NCBI GenBank assembly: GCA_946625725.1
Contig: CAMOTL010000003.1
Span: 733 to 64,732, forward strand
Source of the DNA: an uncultured Treponema sp.
GTDB lineage: Bacteria; Spirochaetota; Spirochaetia; Treponematales; Treponemataceae
Length of the DNA stretch: 64,000 nucleotides
Direction: 5' to 3'
Shown here: positions 46,523 to 56,800 of the stretch, one piece after another
Numbering within the stretch: position 1 is the stretch's first letter
Layout: each line of letters begins with the position of its first letter
The notes under the pieces: model-generated
Databases searched by the model: none
What the model was told of the DNA's origin: nothing
Seen by the model: the letters and a program-made list of their open reading frames with translations, nothing else
Position numbers and translations under genes: made by a program

Positions 46523-48332
46523 AACTCAATCGTCCTGCGGGATTCTGCTCCTTGCAAAGCAGTCCGGCAAGACGAGTTTCGCTTCTCTTTCAAAAGTTAA
46601 ACGCTCTCTTGGAACAGGCAGGGTCGGTCACACGGGAACTCTTGATTCCTTTGCGGACGGCCTTCTTGTAGTTTTAACCGGGCCTCTGACACGCCTGGTT
46701 CCTCACATTACAAATTTTGACAAATCATATACGGCTTTAATTGAATTCGGAAAAGAAACCGACACCCTTGACCCTACAGGAACAGTAATCAGGGAAAGCG
46801 GCCTTCCGTCAAAAGAGCAGCTCCTCAAGGCCCTCACAAAGTTTACCGGCACCATAGAACAGGTTCCGCCGGCCTTCAGCGCAATTCATGTTGACGGCAA
46901 GAGGGCAAGTGATTTAATGCGTTCGGGCGAAAAGGTTGAATTAAAGGCCCGTAAAATTACCATAAGTTCAATTGAATTAATCGATTTTGACGGTCAGTAC
47001 GCACTTATAAAAGTCGATTGTTCCAAAGGAACATATATCCGCTCCCTTGCACGGGACATTGCCCTTGAATGCGGATGTGCCGCACACTTGAAGGCACTTC
47101 GCCGTACCAGGGTAGGACCTTTTGAATTAAAGGATGCGGCCGGAGCAAATCTCTTAAAAGAGTTTACGATTGAGAATTTAAAAAATCAGCAGGCTGCCCT
47201 TTCAGAAGAGGCAGAAACTACGGAAGACAAAATAAGCGGTGAGGACATTCAAAATGCCCTGTACCCGATGACAGTGCCGGTTGCAAAACTGTGCGGTTTT
47301 ACTCCTGCAATTTTAAGCCAGGCCTATATCCAGGACTTTAACAGCGGAAGAAAGCTTAAAAACCACTCGTTTTACTATGAGGAAAAACCGCCTGAGAACT
47401 GTGAATTTGCAGTTTTCTATCCGGACATGAAGTTTGCGGGCGTTGTAAAAAAAGAAAAACGCACCCTTTCCTACGGTTTTGTAATTCCATGCGAACAGAA
47501 GTTAAAGGTTTATTCCTGGGAACAGATTACAGGCGGAAGGTTCAGTGAAGAATTCAGGAAAAAAGGTGTAGCCCTTTCAATCGGAAGCTTTGACGGAACC
47601 CATATCGGTCATGATTCAATTTTTGATTCACTTATTGAACACAAAGACCTTGCTGCCGGCATTGTAACCTTCAGAAAGTCAACGAGAGGCCTCAAAGCCG
47701 GGGAATCTTACCTGGGCGATGTTTCTACTCTTGACCAGAGAATGGAATTCTTTATGCAGAAAGGATTTGCATTTGTCATCGTCATTGACTTTTCTGCTGA
47801 TTTCGTTAAAATTAAAGGTGAAACATTTCTGTCTGTTTTAAACGACAACTGTAACATCAGATACCTTGCCGAGGGCGAAGATTTCCGCTGCGGTTACAAG
47901 GGTGCCTGCGATATTAACTGTGTCCGCGACTTCTGCCGCTTGCATGATATTGAACTCAATGTCGTTAATTATGTAGATTACCTTGGAAAGAGGGTAAGTT
48001 CATCACGAATCAGACAGGACGTTCTTGATAAAGAGTTTTCGGCAATTCAGATAATGCTTAGAAAACCTTTTGAAATTGACCCTGCGGGTTTTGAGTGGCA
48101 GCACACTCATGAAGCAGGTCAAAATTATTTAGTTGCAAAACGCCGTGGAATTCAAGTTTTTCCGCCTGACGGTTTGTACAACGTAACTTTGGTAATTTCT
48201 GGTAGCGAAGGATTTTCCGTTACAAAAGCTGCAGTTATTAAATTAGATTCCGGTTTACTTCGCGTGCTGGATTCTGATGGGTCACTCAGAGGATTTGTAC
48301 GGTCTATTCAATTTGGTATCCCAGGGAAATAA
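46494..48332 (+). CDS. truB: Fused tRNA pseudouridine(55) synthase TruB and RibF-like FAD synthetase
   Basis: GHTGTLDSFADG and CSKGTYIRSLARD (TruB); GSFDGTHIGH, GEDFRCG and SSSRIR (FMN adenylyltransferase); one uninterrupted frame. Confidence 0.88.
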   Translation: MEADRLPENKTQSSCGILLLAKQSGKTSFASLSKVKRSLGTGRVGHTGTLDSFADGLLVVLTGPLTRLVPHITNFDKSYTALIEFGKETDTLDPTGTVIRESGLPSKEQLLKALTKFTGTIEQVPPAFSAIHVDGKRASDLMRSGEKVELKARKITISSIELIDFDGQYALIKVDCSKGTYIRSLARDIALECGCAAHLKALRRTRVGPFELKDAAGANLLKEFTIENLKNQQAALSEEAETTEDKISGEDIQNALYPMTVPVAKLCGFTPAILSQAYIQDFNSGRKLKNHSFYYEEKPPENCEFAVFYPDMKFAGVVKKEKRTLSYGFVIPCEQKLKVYSWEQITGGRFSEEFRKKGVALSIGSFDGTHIGHDSIFDSLIEHKDLAAGIVTFRKSTRGLKAGESYLGDVSTLDQRMEFFMQKGFAFVIVIDFSADFVKIKGETFLSVLNDNCNIRYLAEGEDFRCGYKGACDINCVRDFCRLHDIELNVVNYVDYLGKRVSSSRIRQDVLDKEFSAIQIMLRKPFEIDPAGFEWQHTHEAGQNYLVAKRRGIQVFPPDGLYNVTLVISGSEGFSVTKAAVIKLDSGLLRVLDSDGSLRGFVRSIQFGIPGK

Positions 48333-48355
48333 AATTTATAAGGAGTAAGTAGAAA

Positions 48356-48625
48356 ATGGCACTTACAAAAGAAGAATCAGCTGCAGTAATCAGCAAATTC
48401 GGCGCAAACGAAGCCGACACAGGAAACACAAAAGTTCAGATTGCAATCATGACTGAACGCATCAAACAGCTTACAGCACACGTACAGCAGTTCCCGAAAG
48501 ACACAGGAGCCAGCCGTGGTTTGCTCAAAATCATTGGTCAGAGACGCAAGATGCTCAAGTATCTCCAGAGAACTGATTTGAACACATATCGTCAGCTTAT
48601 TAAAGACCTCGGCCTCCGCAAATAG
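48356..48625 (+). CDS. rpsO: 30S ribosomal protein S15
   Basis: DTGNTKVQIAIMT, RGLLKIIGQRRKMLKYL, LGLRK. Confidence 0.96.
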   Translation: MALTKEESAAVISKFGANEADTGNTKVQIAIMTERIKQLTAHVQQFPKDTGASRGLLKIIGQRRKMLKYLQRTDLNTYRQLIKDLGLRK

Positions 48626-48642
48626 TTTCTGGAGGTTAAAGA

Positions 48643-50751
48643 ATGGTAAATAGAGTAAGTTATAAAATCGGCGACAACGAGCTCATCCTTGAAACCGGCA
48701 AAATCGGTAAACAGGCAAACGGCTGTATTTATGCACAGTATGCTGGAACTGCCGTAATTGCTACGGTTTGTGCTTCAAAAGAAGTAAAAGAAGGATTGGA
48801 CTTTGTTCCAGTTACCGTTGAATACAACGAAAAATACTACGCTGCAGGTAAAATTCCTGGCGGCTTTATCAAACGTGAAGGACGACCGAAGGATAAGGAA
48901 ATTCTCGTTTCCCGTCTTATCGACCGCCCGATGCGTCCGTTGTTTGAAGTAAGTTTTGGCCGCGAAATTCAGATTGTACCTACATGTGTATCTTCTGACG
49001 GCGTTAACCCGCCGGATATTCTCGCAGTAATCGCATCATCAGCTGCAGTAAGCATTTCTGACATTCCGTTCCACGGACCGGTTGCTGCTGCCCGCGTTGC
49101 TTACATCGACGGTGAATATGTTATTAACCCTACATTCCAGCAGCAGGAAAAAGCTCAGCTGGAAATCGTAGTTGCCGGTACAAAAGACGGCTTTACTATG
49201 GTTGAAGGCGGTGCAAACGAAGTTAGCGAAGAAGTTATGCTTGGCGCTCTTGATAAGGCACAGGGCTTTATCACAGCAATGTGTGAACTTCAGGAAGAAC
49301 TTGTTGCAAAATGCGGCAAGGAAAAACTCCCTCTTGCTCCACTTACTGTAGAACTTGAAAACAAAGACGCACTTATTGCAGAAGCTACTCCACTTCTGGA
49401 AAAAGCATGCTTCCAGAACGGTAAAGATAACCGCGGAAATGCAATCAGCGCTGCTAAAAAACAGATTATTGAAGCTCACGCAGAACAGTTCGAAGATGAA
49501 ATTCAGAGAAAACTCTTTGACCAGTGTTTTGATGACATCCAGTACAACCTCCTGCGCAAGAGCATTTTGGACAAGGGACTTCGTATTGACGGACGCAAAT
49601 GCGACGAAATCCGCCCGATTACATGTGAAGTAAACGTTCTTCCTCGTCCGCACGGATCTGCTTTGTTCACCCGTGGTGAAACACAGTCACTTGCCGTAAC
49701 AACTCTGGGAACAACACTTGACGCTCAGGTTTACGACGATATCGATGGCGAACGCAGTGAAAACTTTATTCTTCACTACAACTTCCCGCCATACTCAGTT
49801 GGTGAAACAGGACGTCTTACAACAGGACGCCGCGAAATTGGTCACGGAAACCTTGCACGCCGTTCACTGGCTCCAATGATTCCACCAGTAAGCGAATTCC
49901 CTTACACAATACGTGTAGTTTCAGAAATCATGGAATCCAACGGTTCTTCTTCACAGGCTTCTACCTGTGGCGGCTGTTTGAGTTTGCTTGCAGCCGGCGT
50001 TCCAATGAAAAAGATGGTTGCCGGAATCGCAATGGGACTTATTACAGAACCTGAAGGAGACAATCCTTACGGACGTTATAAGATTCTTTCTGATATCCTT
50101 GGAGAAGAAGATCACCTCGGTGATATGGACTTTAAGGTAGCCGGAACAAAAGACGGTATTACCGGATTCCAGATGGACATCAAGATTGCAGGTGTTACAA
50201 CTCAGATTATGAAGGAAGCACTTGCTCAGGCTAAAGCCGGTCGTCTCCACATTCTTTCAATCATGGAAAAATGTATTGACAAACCGCAGCCAATCAGTCC
50301 TTTTGCTCCAAAAATTCTTACACTCAAAATCAGTCCGGACAAAATCGGTGCTTTGATTGGACCAGGCGGAAAGAACATTAAGGCTCTCTGCGCCCAGTAC
50401 AATGTTACAATCAACACAGAAGACGACGGAACTGTTCAGATTTACGGTAAAACAGGTAAATCTGCAGAAGAAGCTAAGATGGCTGTAAAAGGCATCTGTG
50501 AAGATCCTGAAGTAGGAACAATTTACAATGGTACAGTAAAGCGCATTATGGACTTTGGTGCCTTTGTAGAAATCCTCCCTGGAAAAGAAGGTCTTTGCCA
50601 CATTTCCAAATTGTCACGGGCAAGAGTAGAAAAGGTAACAGACGTTCTTTCTGAAGGACAGCAGATTCCTGTAAAACTCCTCGAAGTTGACAAGATGGGA
50701 CGCTTGAACCTGAGCTACATCGACGCTTTGGAAGAACAGCAGAAAAAATAA
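48643..50751 (+). CDS. pnp: Polyribonucleotide nucleotidyltransferase
   Basis: RLIDRPMRPLF, FTRGETQ, ESNGSSS, GDMDFKVAGT, KH and S1 domains; GGAGG SD. Confidence 0.97.
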   Translation: MVNRVSYKIGDNELILETGKIGKQANGCIYAQYAGTAVIATVCASKEVKEGLDFVPVTVEYNEKYYAAGKIPGGFIKREGRPKDKEILVSRLIDRPMRPLFEVSFGREIQIVPTCVSSDGVNPPDILAVIASSAAVSISDIPFHGPVAAARVAYIDGEYVINPTFQQQEKAQLEIVVAGTKDGFTMVEGGANEVSEEVMLGALDKAQGFITAMCELQEELVAKCGKEKLPLAPLTVELENKDALIAEATPLLEKACFQNGKDNRGNAISAAKKQIIEAHAEQFEDEIQRKLFDQCFDDIQYNLLRKSILDKGLRIDGRKCDEIRPITCEVNVLPRPHGSALFTRGETQSLAVTTLGTTLDAQVYDDIDGERSENFILHYNFPPYSVGETGRLTTGRREIGHGNLARRSLAPMIPPVSEFPYTIRVVSEIMESNGSSSQASTCGGCLSLLAAGVPMKKMVAGIAMGLITEPEGDNPYGRYKILSDILGEEDHLGDMDFKVAGTKDGITGFQMDIKIAGVTTQIMKEALAQAKAGRLHILSIMEKCIDKPQPISPFAPKILTLKISPDKIGALIGPGGKNIKALCAQYNVTINTEDDGTVQIYGKTGKSAEEAKMAVKGICEDPEVGTIYNGTVKRIMDFGAFVEILPGKEGLCHISKLSRARVEKVTDVLSEGQQIPVKLLEVDKMGRLNLSYIDALEEQQKK

Positions 50752-50773
50752 TCTCCCGTATGGGTGATATAAG

Positions 50774-50806
50774 ACCGGTCCTCGCACAGGGGACCGGTTT
50801 TTTTTT
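50774..50806 (+). terminator. Intrinsic terminator after pnp
   Basis: ACCGGTCC / GGACCGGT stem followed by a run of T. Confidence 0.85.
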
Positions 50807-50915
50807 ATGTTTTTTTTAATACATTAGCGCTCAGATATGGTTTATTTATATCATTCGTGTTATATTATTAGAGATATTAAAGATAATTTTTGGTTATTTT
50901 TCAGGGGAGTTTATT

Positions 50916-53783
50916 ATGATTCATTCATTCTCTAAGCGTCTTACAAATGCTCTTGTTTTGTGTTGTGCTGTTTTTTTCAGCCTGAGCGCAATGTGTTGTT
51001 CTTTGTTTGAACCTGTTGAAAAGGGGGAACTTACTTTTACCGTTACTAGGGAAATGGTCAGAAGTGTAAAGGAAAGTATTTCCGGTAATTTTAGTTATAG
51101 TGACCCGGTTGAACCAGGAAAGGAATCTTCTGACGTTCCTGAAAACTTAATGTTTATAAAAATCGCCCTTTCAAAAGGTTTTAAGGCTGAACAGACTGTT
51201 CCTTTTACCGAAGGTAAATCTATAGTTTTTAAAGATGTTCCGGTTGGTATTGTAGTTGAAATCGAAGCCCTTGTTTTTGAACGTTATGAAAATGAAGGAA
51301 AGGAACAGATTACAGATAGATTTACCGGTAAAAAAATAATCACGACTGTTCCAGGAAATAATGATGTAGAACTTGAATTGTATGACTGTTCGCCGGTTGA
51401 ACCTATTGAACCAGTTGAACCGGTTGACCCTGATCCTGATGAACCGGTTGACCCGGTAGAACCTGTTGAACCTGTTGAACCTGTTGAACCTGTAAATCAG
51501 TTTATCCAAAAGACAATTTACGTTTCTTCAGAAGGAAGGGACGGAACTTACGATGTTGAAGGTGAAGACGGCATAATGACAGAAGTTGCAGCTGACGGAA
51601 GTGAAGACATGCCTTTTAAAACTGTAACAAAAGCCCTTAAAGAGATTGTTTTAAATGGCAGTGGATATATTGATTGGACTATTTCTGTAAGCGGACAACT
51701 TGAAACAGATTCAACAGTTGAAATTCCGTCCGAGATAACATCTGATAAGGCTCATTCTATTTTGCTTACCGGTTTGAACGGTGTTGATGAAGCAACAGGA
51801 GAACCGCAGGATGTGATTAACAGAGGCTCTACGGGAGCTTATAACGGCAGTTATACAAGTTCTGTGCTTAAAGTAAGCTCTTCAGTGCCTGTGACTGTTA
51901 CTAATCTTAAGCTGACCGGCGGAAAAACGGAGAATGGCGGCGGTATAAATATTTCTTCAAATGCCTGTGTTTCTCTTGGAGACGGTGTTTTAATCACAAA
52001 AAACCGGGCAACAAGAGGCGGGGCAGTATTTAATCAGGGAAAACTTTTTGTTTACGGTACTGCCGTTATCGGTGATGTTAATGCTTCAATTTATGCTAAT
52101 AACAGCTCAACTCAGAATTTAAGTGCAAGTGAATGTGCAAACCTGGCAAGCTCATACGGCGGCGGTATTTATAACGGGGATACTGCCCAGACAGTAGCAA
52201 AAACTTCAATAGTTTCAGAACTCTATCTCGGTTATAAAATGAATTCAGATGGAAATCCTGAAAAAACTCCATGGACAGGCGGTATTTATTATAGCGGAGC
52301 CGCTTCTGGAGGGGCTGTTTATAATTCAATAAAATCATCTACTTATTTTGACAGCGGTACATTAAAATATAACGGAGTTTCCTCTTACGGAGGGGGAATT
52401 TACAATGGAGATGCCGGCCGCGTAGAAATGAGCGGCGGTTCCATCATAAAAAACCGCGCTTCAGATTCTTTAGGCATTAAGAATGGTGGTGGCGTCTGCA
52501 ATGATTACCTGAACAGTGTTTTTGTTATGAGCGGTGGTGTTATCAACGAAAATCAGGCTATAACTCTAACAACTGCCGGAATAACAGTGAATTCCACTGA
52601 CGGTCAGGGCGGCGGTGTGTTTAACGGCGGACTAATGTTTATGTATGGGGACGCCGTAATCGGAAACAAAAACGCAGAAACTTTTGCAACAGATACTTCA
52701 TGCGGCAATATAGCCGGTCAGGGCGGCGGAATTTATAATGATTATTCAACTGACAGACGCGGTTATCTTTATATCGGTTATAAACCGGGTGATGACGGCG
52801 TAAGCCCTGCCGAAGCAGAACTTCGTGGCGGAATTTATAATAATTTTGCATGTTATGAGGGGCAATCTCAAGATGGCGGCGGTGGTATCTGCAGTACAAC
52901 GATACCAAGTTTTGGTACAGTGCAGATGTCTTCAGGAACAGTTGCTTACAATGCGGCAGCATGTTACGGCGGTGCGATACTTGCAAAGGAACTGATTCTG
53001 TACGGCGGCACTATTGAAAATAACAGGGCAGAACTTGCCGGTGGTGCCGTATACATGGACTCGAATACAGATAAGACTCTTACGCTGGGTTCAGATATTT
53101 TAATTCCTTTAGCCGGAAATGAAGTAAACGGTTTTGACAATGATATCAGTCTTTATGCAGGCACAACTGCTTTCTATTCAAAAATAGTGATTGCTTCTGC
53201 CCTGCACGAAAACTTTAAAACAAGACTTACATTCAATAAATATATTTCAGATATACAGGTGGTTCGGGCAGCCACCGGTGCAGAAGGTGTTGATTTAAGT
53301 GTTGAATGCACAAAATTCGCTGTAGCAGACGAAGTAAATGACGAGCTCATCACAGCTAGACAGTGGTGCATAGACGCAAACGGAAAACTTACTGCAAAAA
53401 ATCCTCTGGTTACGATTACAATTGAACCGGGGTCTTATTCTGATATGACAGTTTCTGCCTGTTCTTATGAGGATAAAGCAACTTATGATGATGATCCAAG
53501 TTCCAGCGGAACAGCAATAGATGGATCAACTTCTGTTACACCAGGCACATATCTCGTGTTTACAGCAAGCCTTCCTTCAGGCAAAACTCTAAAAGAGGGC
53601 ACCTCATACACCTGGTATCTGGACGGAGAAATGCAGGAATTCCCTACAACGGCGGACACTTCAAAATTCGGCGTGGTCACATCTGAGTGGGCTGTCGGTG
53701 TTTATGACATTGCAGTAGAAGCCACTGACTCTGCCGGAACCTCTTATTCAATTGAATATCATATTACGGTAAAGGCAAACTAG
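50916..53783 (+). CDS. Large surface lipoprotein with Pro-rich linker, GGA(I/V)Y beta-helix repeats and C-terminal Ig-like domain
   Basis: Signal peptide ending SAMC-C; PVE repeats; many GGGIY/GGAVY/GGGVF motifs; YTWYLDG; GGGAG SD. Confidence 0.75.
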   Translation: MIHSFSKRLTNALVLCCAVFFSLSAMCCSLFEPVEKGELTFTVTREMVRSVKESISGNFSYSDPVEPGKESSDVPENLMFIKIALSKGFKAEQTVPFTEGKSIVFKDVPVGIVVEIEALVFERYENEGKEQITDRFTGKKIITTVPGNNDVELELYDCSPVEPIEPVEPVDPDPDEPVDPVEPVEPVEPVEPVNQFIQKTIYVSSEGRDGTYDVEGEDGIMTEVAADGSEDMPFKTVTKALKEIVLNGSGYIDWTISVSGQLETDSTVEIPSEITSDKAHSILLTGLNGVDEATGEPQDVINRGSTGAYNGSYTSSVLKVSSSVPVTVTNLKLTGGKTENGGGINISSNACVSLGDGVLITKNRATRGGAVFNQGKLFVYGTAVIGDVNASIYANNSSTQNLSASECANLASSYGGGIYNGDTAQTVAKTSIVSELYLGYKMNSDGNPEKTPWTGGIYYSGAASGGAVYNSIKSSTYFDSGTLKYNGVSSYGGGIYNGDAGRVEMSGGSIIKNRASDSLGIKNGGGVCNDYLNSVFVMSGGVINENQAITLTTAGITVNSTDGQGGGVFNGGLMFMYGDAVIGNKNAETFATDTSCGNIAGQGGGIYNDYSTDRRGYLYIGYKPGDDGVSPAEAELRGGIYNNFACYEGQSQDGGGGICSTTIPSFGTVQMSSGTVAYNAAACYGGAILAKELILYGGTIENNRAELAGGAVYMDSNTDKTLTLGSDILIPLAGNEVNGFDNDISLYAGTTAFYSKIVIASALHENFKTRLTFNKYISDIQVVRAATGAEGVDLSVECTKFAVADEVNDELITARQWCIDANGKLTAKNPLVTITIEPGSYSDMTVSACSYEDKATYDDDPSSSGTAIDGSTSVTPGTYLVFTASLPSGKTLKEGTSYTWYLDGEMQEFPTTADTSKFGVVTSEWAVGVYDIAVEATDSAGTSYSIEYHITVKAN
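51393..51494 (+). repeat. Coding 9-bp tandem repeat (Pro-Val-Glu/Asp), 34 aa
   Basis: CCGGTTGAA/CCTGTTGAA units encoding PVEPIEPVEPVDPDPDEPVDPVEPVEPVEPVEPV. Confidence 0.9.
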
Positions 53784-53800
53784 GAGAGGGGAGAATACTT

Positions 53801-56800
53801 ATGAAAAATATTTTTGTAAACAGAATAAAACTTTTTGCAGCGGCTGTTTCCCTGCTTTTAATATGTTCCTGTTCGGACGATTTTTCCAGAACAGTGCAGG
53901 ATAAAAATTACCCGAGCAAAGACGGAAAAACTTATCTTTGTTTAAGTGCGGCACTTTCTCCTGAAGCGCGAAGTATTGCTCCTAAGGCAAGTGATTATGC
54001 AGTTTCAAACTTAACAAACCTGGTACTTTCAGGAAAACTTTCTTCTGACACTGGCGCTGAAACTCAGCTTGCATCTGCTTCGGCTTACGATATTATTAAC
54101 GGAAAAAACATTCCTGTAAGCGGGGCCGGAAACTGGACTTTTACTTTAACGGCAGATTTAAACGGTATTCCTTTTAAGGGAACTCTCGAACAGGAAATTA
54201 CTGAAGGTTCTGTTAATACGCTTACTTTTACACTTAAGTCAGAACAGAATCAGGGCGGCATGGAAATTACCTTTAAGTTTACAGGAAGTTCAACAGAGGC
54301 TTCTGATTATAAAGTTAATGCTGTTTTGATGACTCAGGATAAGGAAGAAATCGAAACTAAAACTTTTGAAAACACAGCAGACGACACTTCAGCAGTCATT
54401 GCGTGTTCAACCGATACAACCGATACAACTTTCTATGTAGTTTACTCCCGTTCTGTTTCTGATACAGAAAGCAGCCTTGACGCAGGTACTTATTATCTTT
54501 TGTTTGAAGTTTATGACAAGCGGACTGTCGTCGAAGATCCTCTAAACACAAGTGATTCTGTGCCGTTAAACACAAGCAGAAACTTTGTCCGTGTTGACAG
54601 GGGAATTACTACAACTGCCGAACTTTCACTTACATTAAATGAAGTTTATTCAATTACCTATAACGACAATGGCGGAGATCTTGCAGAGGGTGTTAAGGTT
54701 CTCAATTATTCAAGAAAAAGCGAAGGAATTAAACTGCCTCAGATGATAAAAGACGGTTATGAATTTGCCGGCTGGTACGATAATGCTGATTTTTCGGGGG
54801 ATCCTGTTCAGGAGCTTCCGCTGGGAACAACAGGAAACCTTACATTCTGGGCATGCTTTACCGAAGAAACTGAAGAAAAAAATGTTCTTTATGTTTCTCC
54901 TAAAGGCTCCGAAACAAACACCGGTTCACTTGATTCAATTGCCGCCGCTGTTGCTAAAATCATAGAAAATCCTAATCCGGACGCAAACTGGACAATCAAG
55001 ATTGATGGAATTCTTACAGGCCCACAGAAAATAGAAGATATTTCAGAAGACCATGCCGCTTCACTTACAATCTGCGGTGCAAACGCTCTGGACAGCGAAG
55101 GAAATCCTTCAGACAAAATAATTGCAGATACTAATAATCCGGGAAGCGATGCCCTGAGTATTTCTGCAAGCCTTCCTGTAACAATAAAAGATATAAAGAT
55201 TACAAAAGGTGAGGACGGCGAGGATGATCCGAGTTACGGTGTTTATGTGGCATACAACTCACAGATTTATCTTGCCGGCACTCCGGTGATAGATGATCTG
55301 TATGTGGAAAATAACGAGTATTACAGGGATTCTGAGGAACCTTATGGTGCAATTTCAATTTCTGAGGATTTAGGAGATAAAGCTTCTGTTACGATTACAC
55401 CTGCATATGAATCCCATTATCCTTATTTCGATGATTATGATAGTCATGAAGTATGTATTACAAAGTATGTTTTTGCTATTGATGGTGTTAGTGTTGCTGA
55501 TTACTGTGACAAATTTAAGGTTACACCGAAAGAAGAGGATTCTTCTACATATTTTATAGATAAATACGGCCGTATAAATAAAAACATTACTGTAACTTTA
55601 GTAAGTTCACAGACAGGTCAGACTTTTAATAAGACTGTACTTTATGGCTCGGATCCTTCAACACTTAATATTGACCTTAATGAAAATACTGGCTGGACTT
55701 TTGCCGGCTGGTTTACATCTGATGATGAAGGTGAAACGCTTAAAGATAAAGTTACTCTTATTTATGAAGAGGGCCTTACCCTCTACGCAAAATGGGTACA
55801 GCCGCTTGAAGATTTATATGTAAATACCTCATCCGGCTCAGATGATAATGAAGGAACCACTACCGCTCCGCTAAAGACGGTAAGTGCTGCAGTTGCAAAA
55901 ATTAAGGATTTTGGCGTAGAACTTGATTACACTATACATGTAACTGGAATGAGCACAGAAAACAGTACCATAACTCTTGATGAAAGTATCACATTTAAAA
56001 CTCTTACTTTTGAAGGTGCTGCTACAGTTGAATCTGGTATAGTAAATAAATCATATGGCTCTACACCACTTGTTGTTGAAACTGTCAAACCTGTTACACT
56101 CAATAACTTTGTTTTGAAAGCTAATTCTTTTGTAAATATTAAAAATGGTGCGCTTGCGCTTTATGTCGGATACGGCGCGAATGTTATTCTTGGTAACGGC
56201 ACAAAGATTTATGGCTCTGACGGCTCTGATGGCGTAAATACTACTGCTGGAAAAGCGGGTGTTTATATTTACGGTGCAACACTTACTATGAATGGTGATT
56301 CAGCAATTTACGGCTTTGCTCCTAGATATAGCGGCAGCTCTGACACCAACGGCTCAGGTGGCGTTTTAATTGGGTATGACGGAAAACTGATAATGAATGG
56401 TACATCTTCTATTCATTCTTGTTCTGCTGGTAGCAGGGGCGGTGCAATACATCTTGCTTCGGGCAGTGTGGTTATGAACGATTATGCTTCCATTGGCGGT
56501 GAGGGTAAAGCCTGTTCTGCTTCTGCTGATGGTGGTGCCGTATATATGTCCGGCGGAGAATTTGAAATGAATGATTCAAGTTCAATCAGTTACTGTACAA
56601 AAGGTTCAAACGGATACGGTTCAATATACATAGCAGGCGGTACCTTTACCATGAACGACGGTTCAATTAACAATAATACAGGTGGCGTACATGTGGCAAA
56701 AACAGACTCTTCCACTGCCACATTTATTATGGAAGATGGTTCAATTTCTAATAACGGTATTGGTGTTTATGTTGCATGTGCTACTAATGACAGTACTTAT

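Noticed and set aside
49039-49653. 204-aa antisense ORF inside pnp, and similar ORFs inside infB, nusA, pgm and mutS
   Set aside because: Shadows of strongly biased housekeeping genes; no independent evidence.
51171-51509. Antisense ORF with NRFNRF repeats
   Set aside because: Reverse reading of the PVE repeat.
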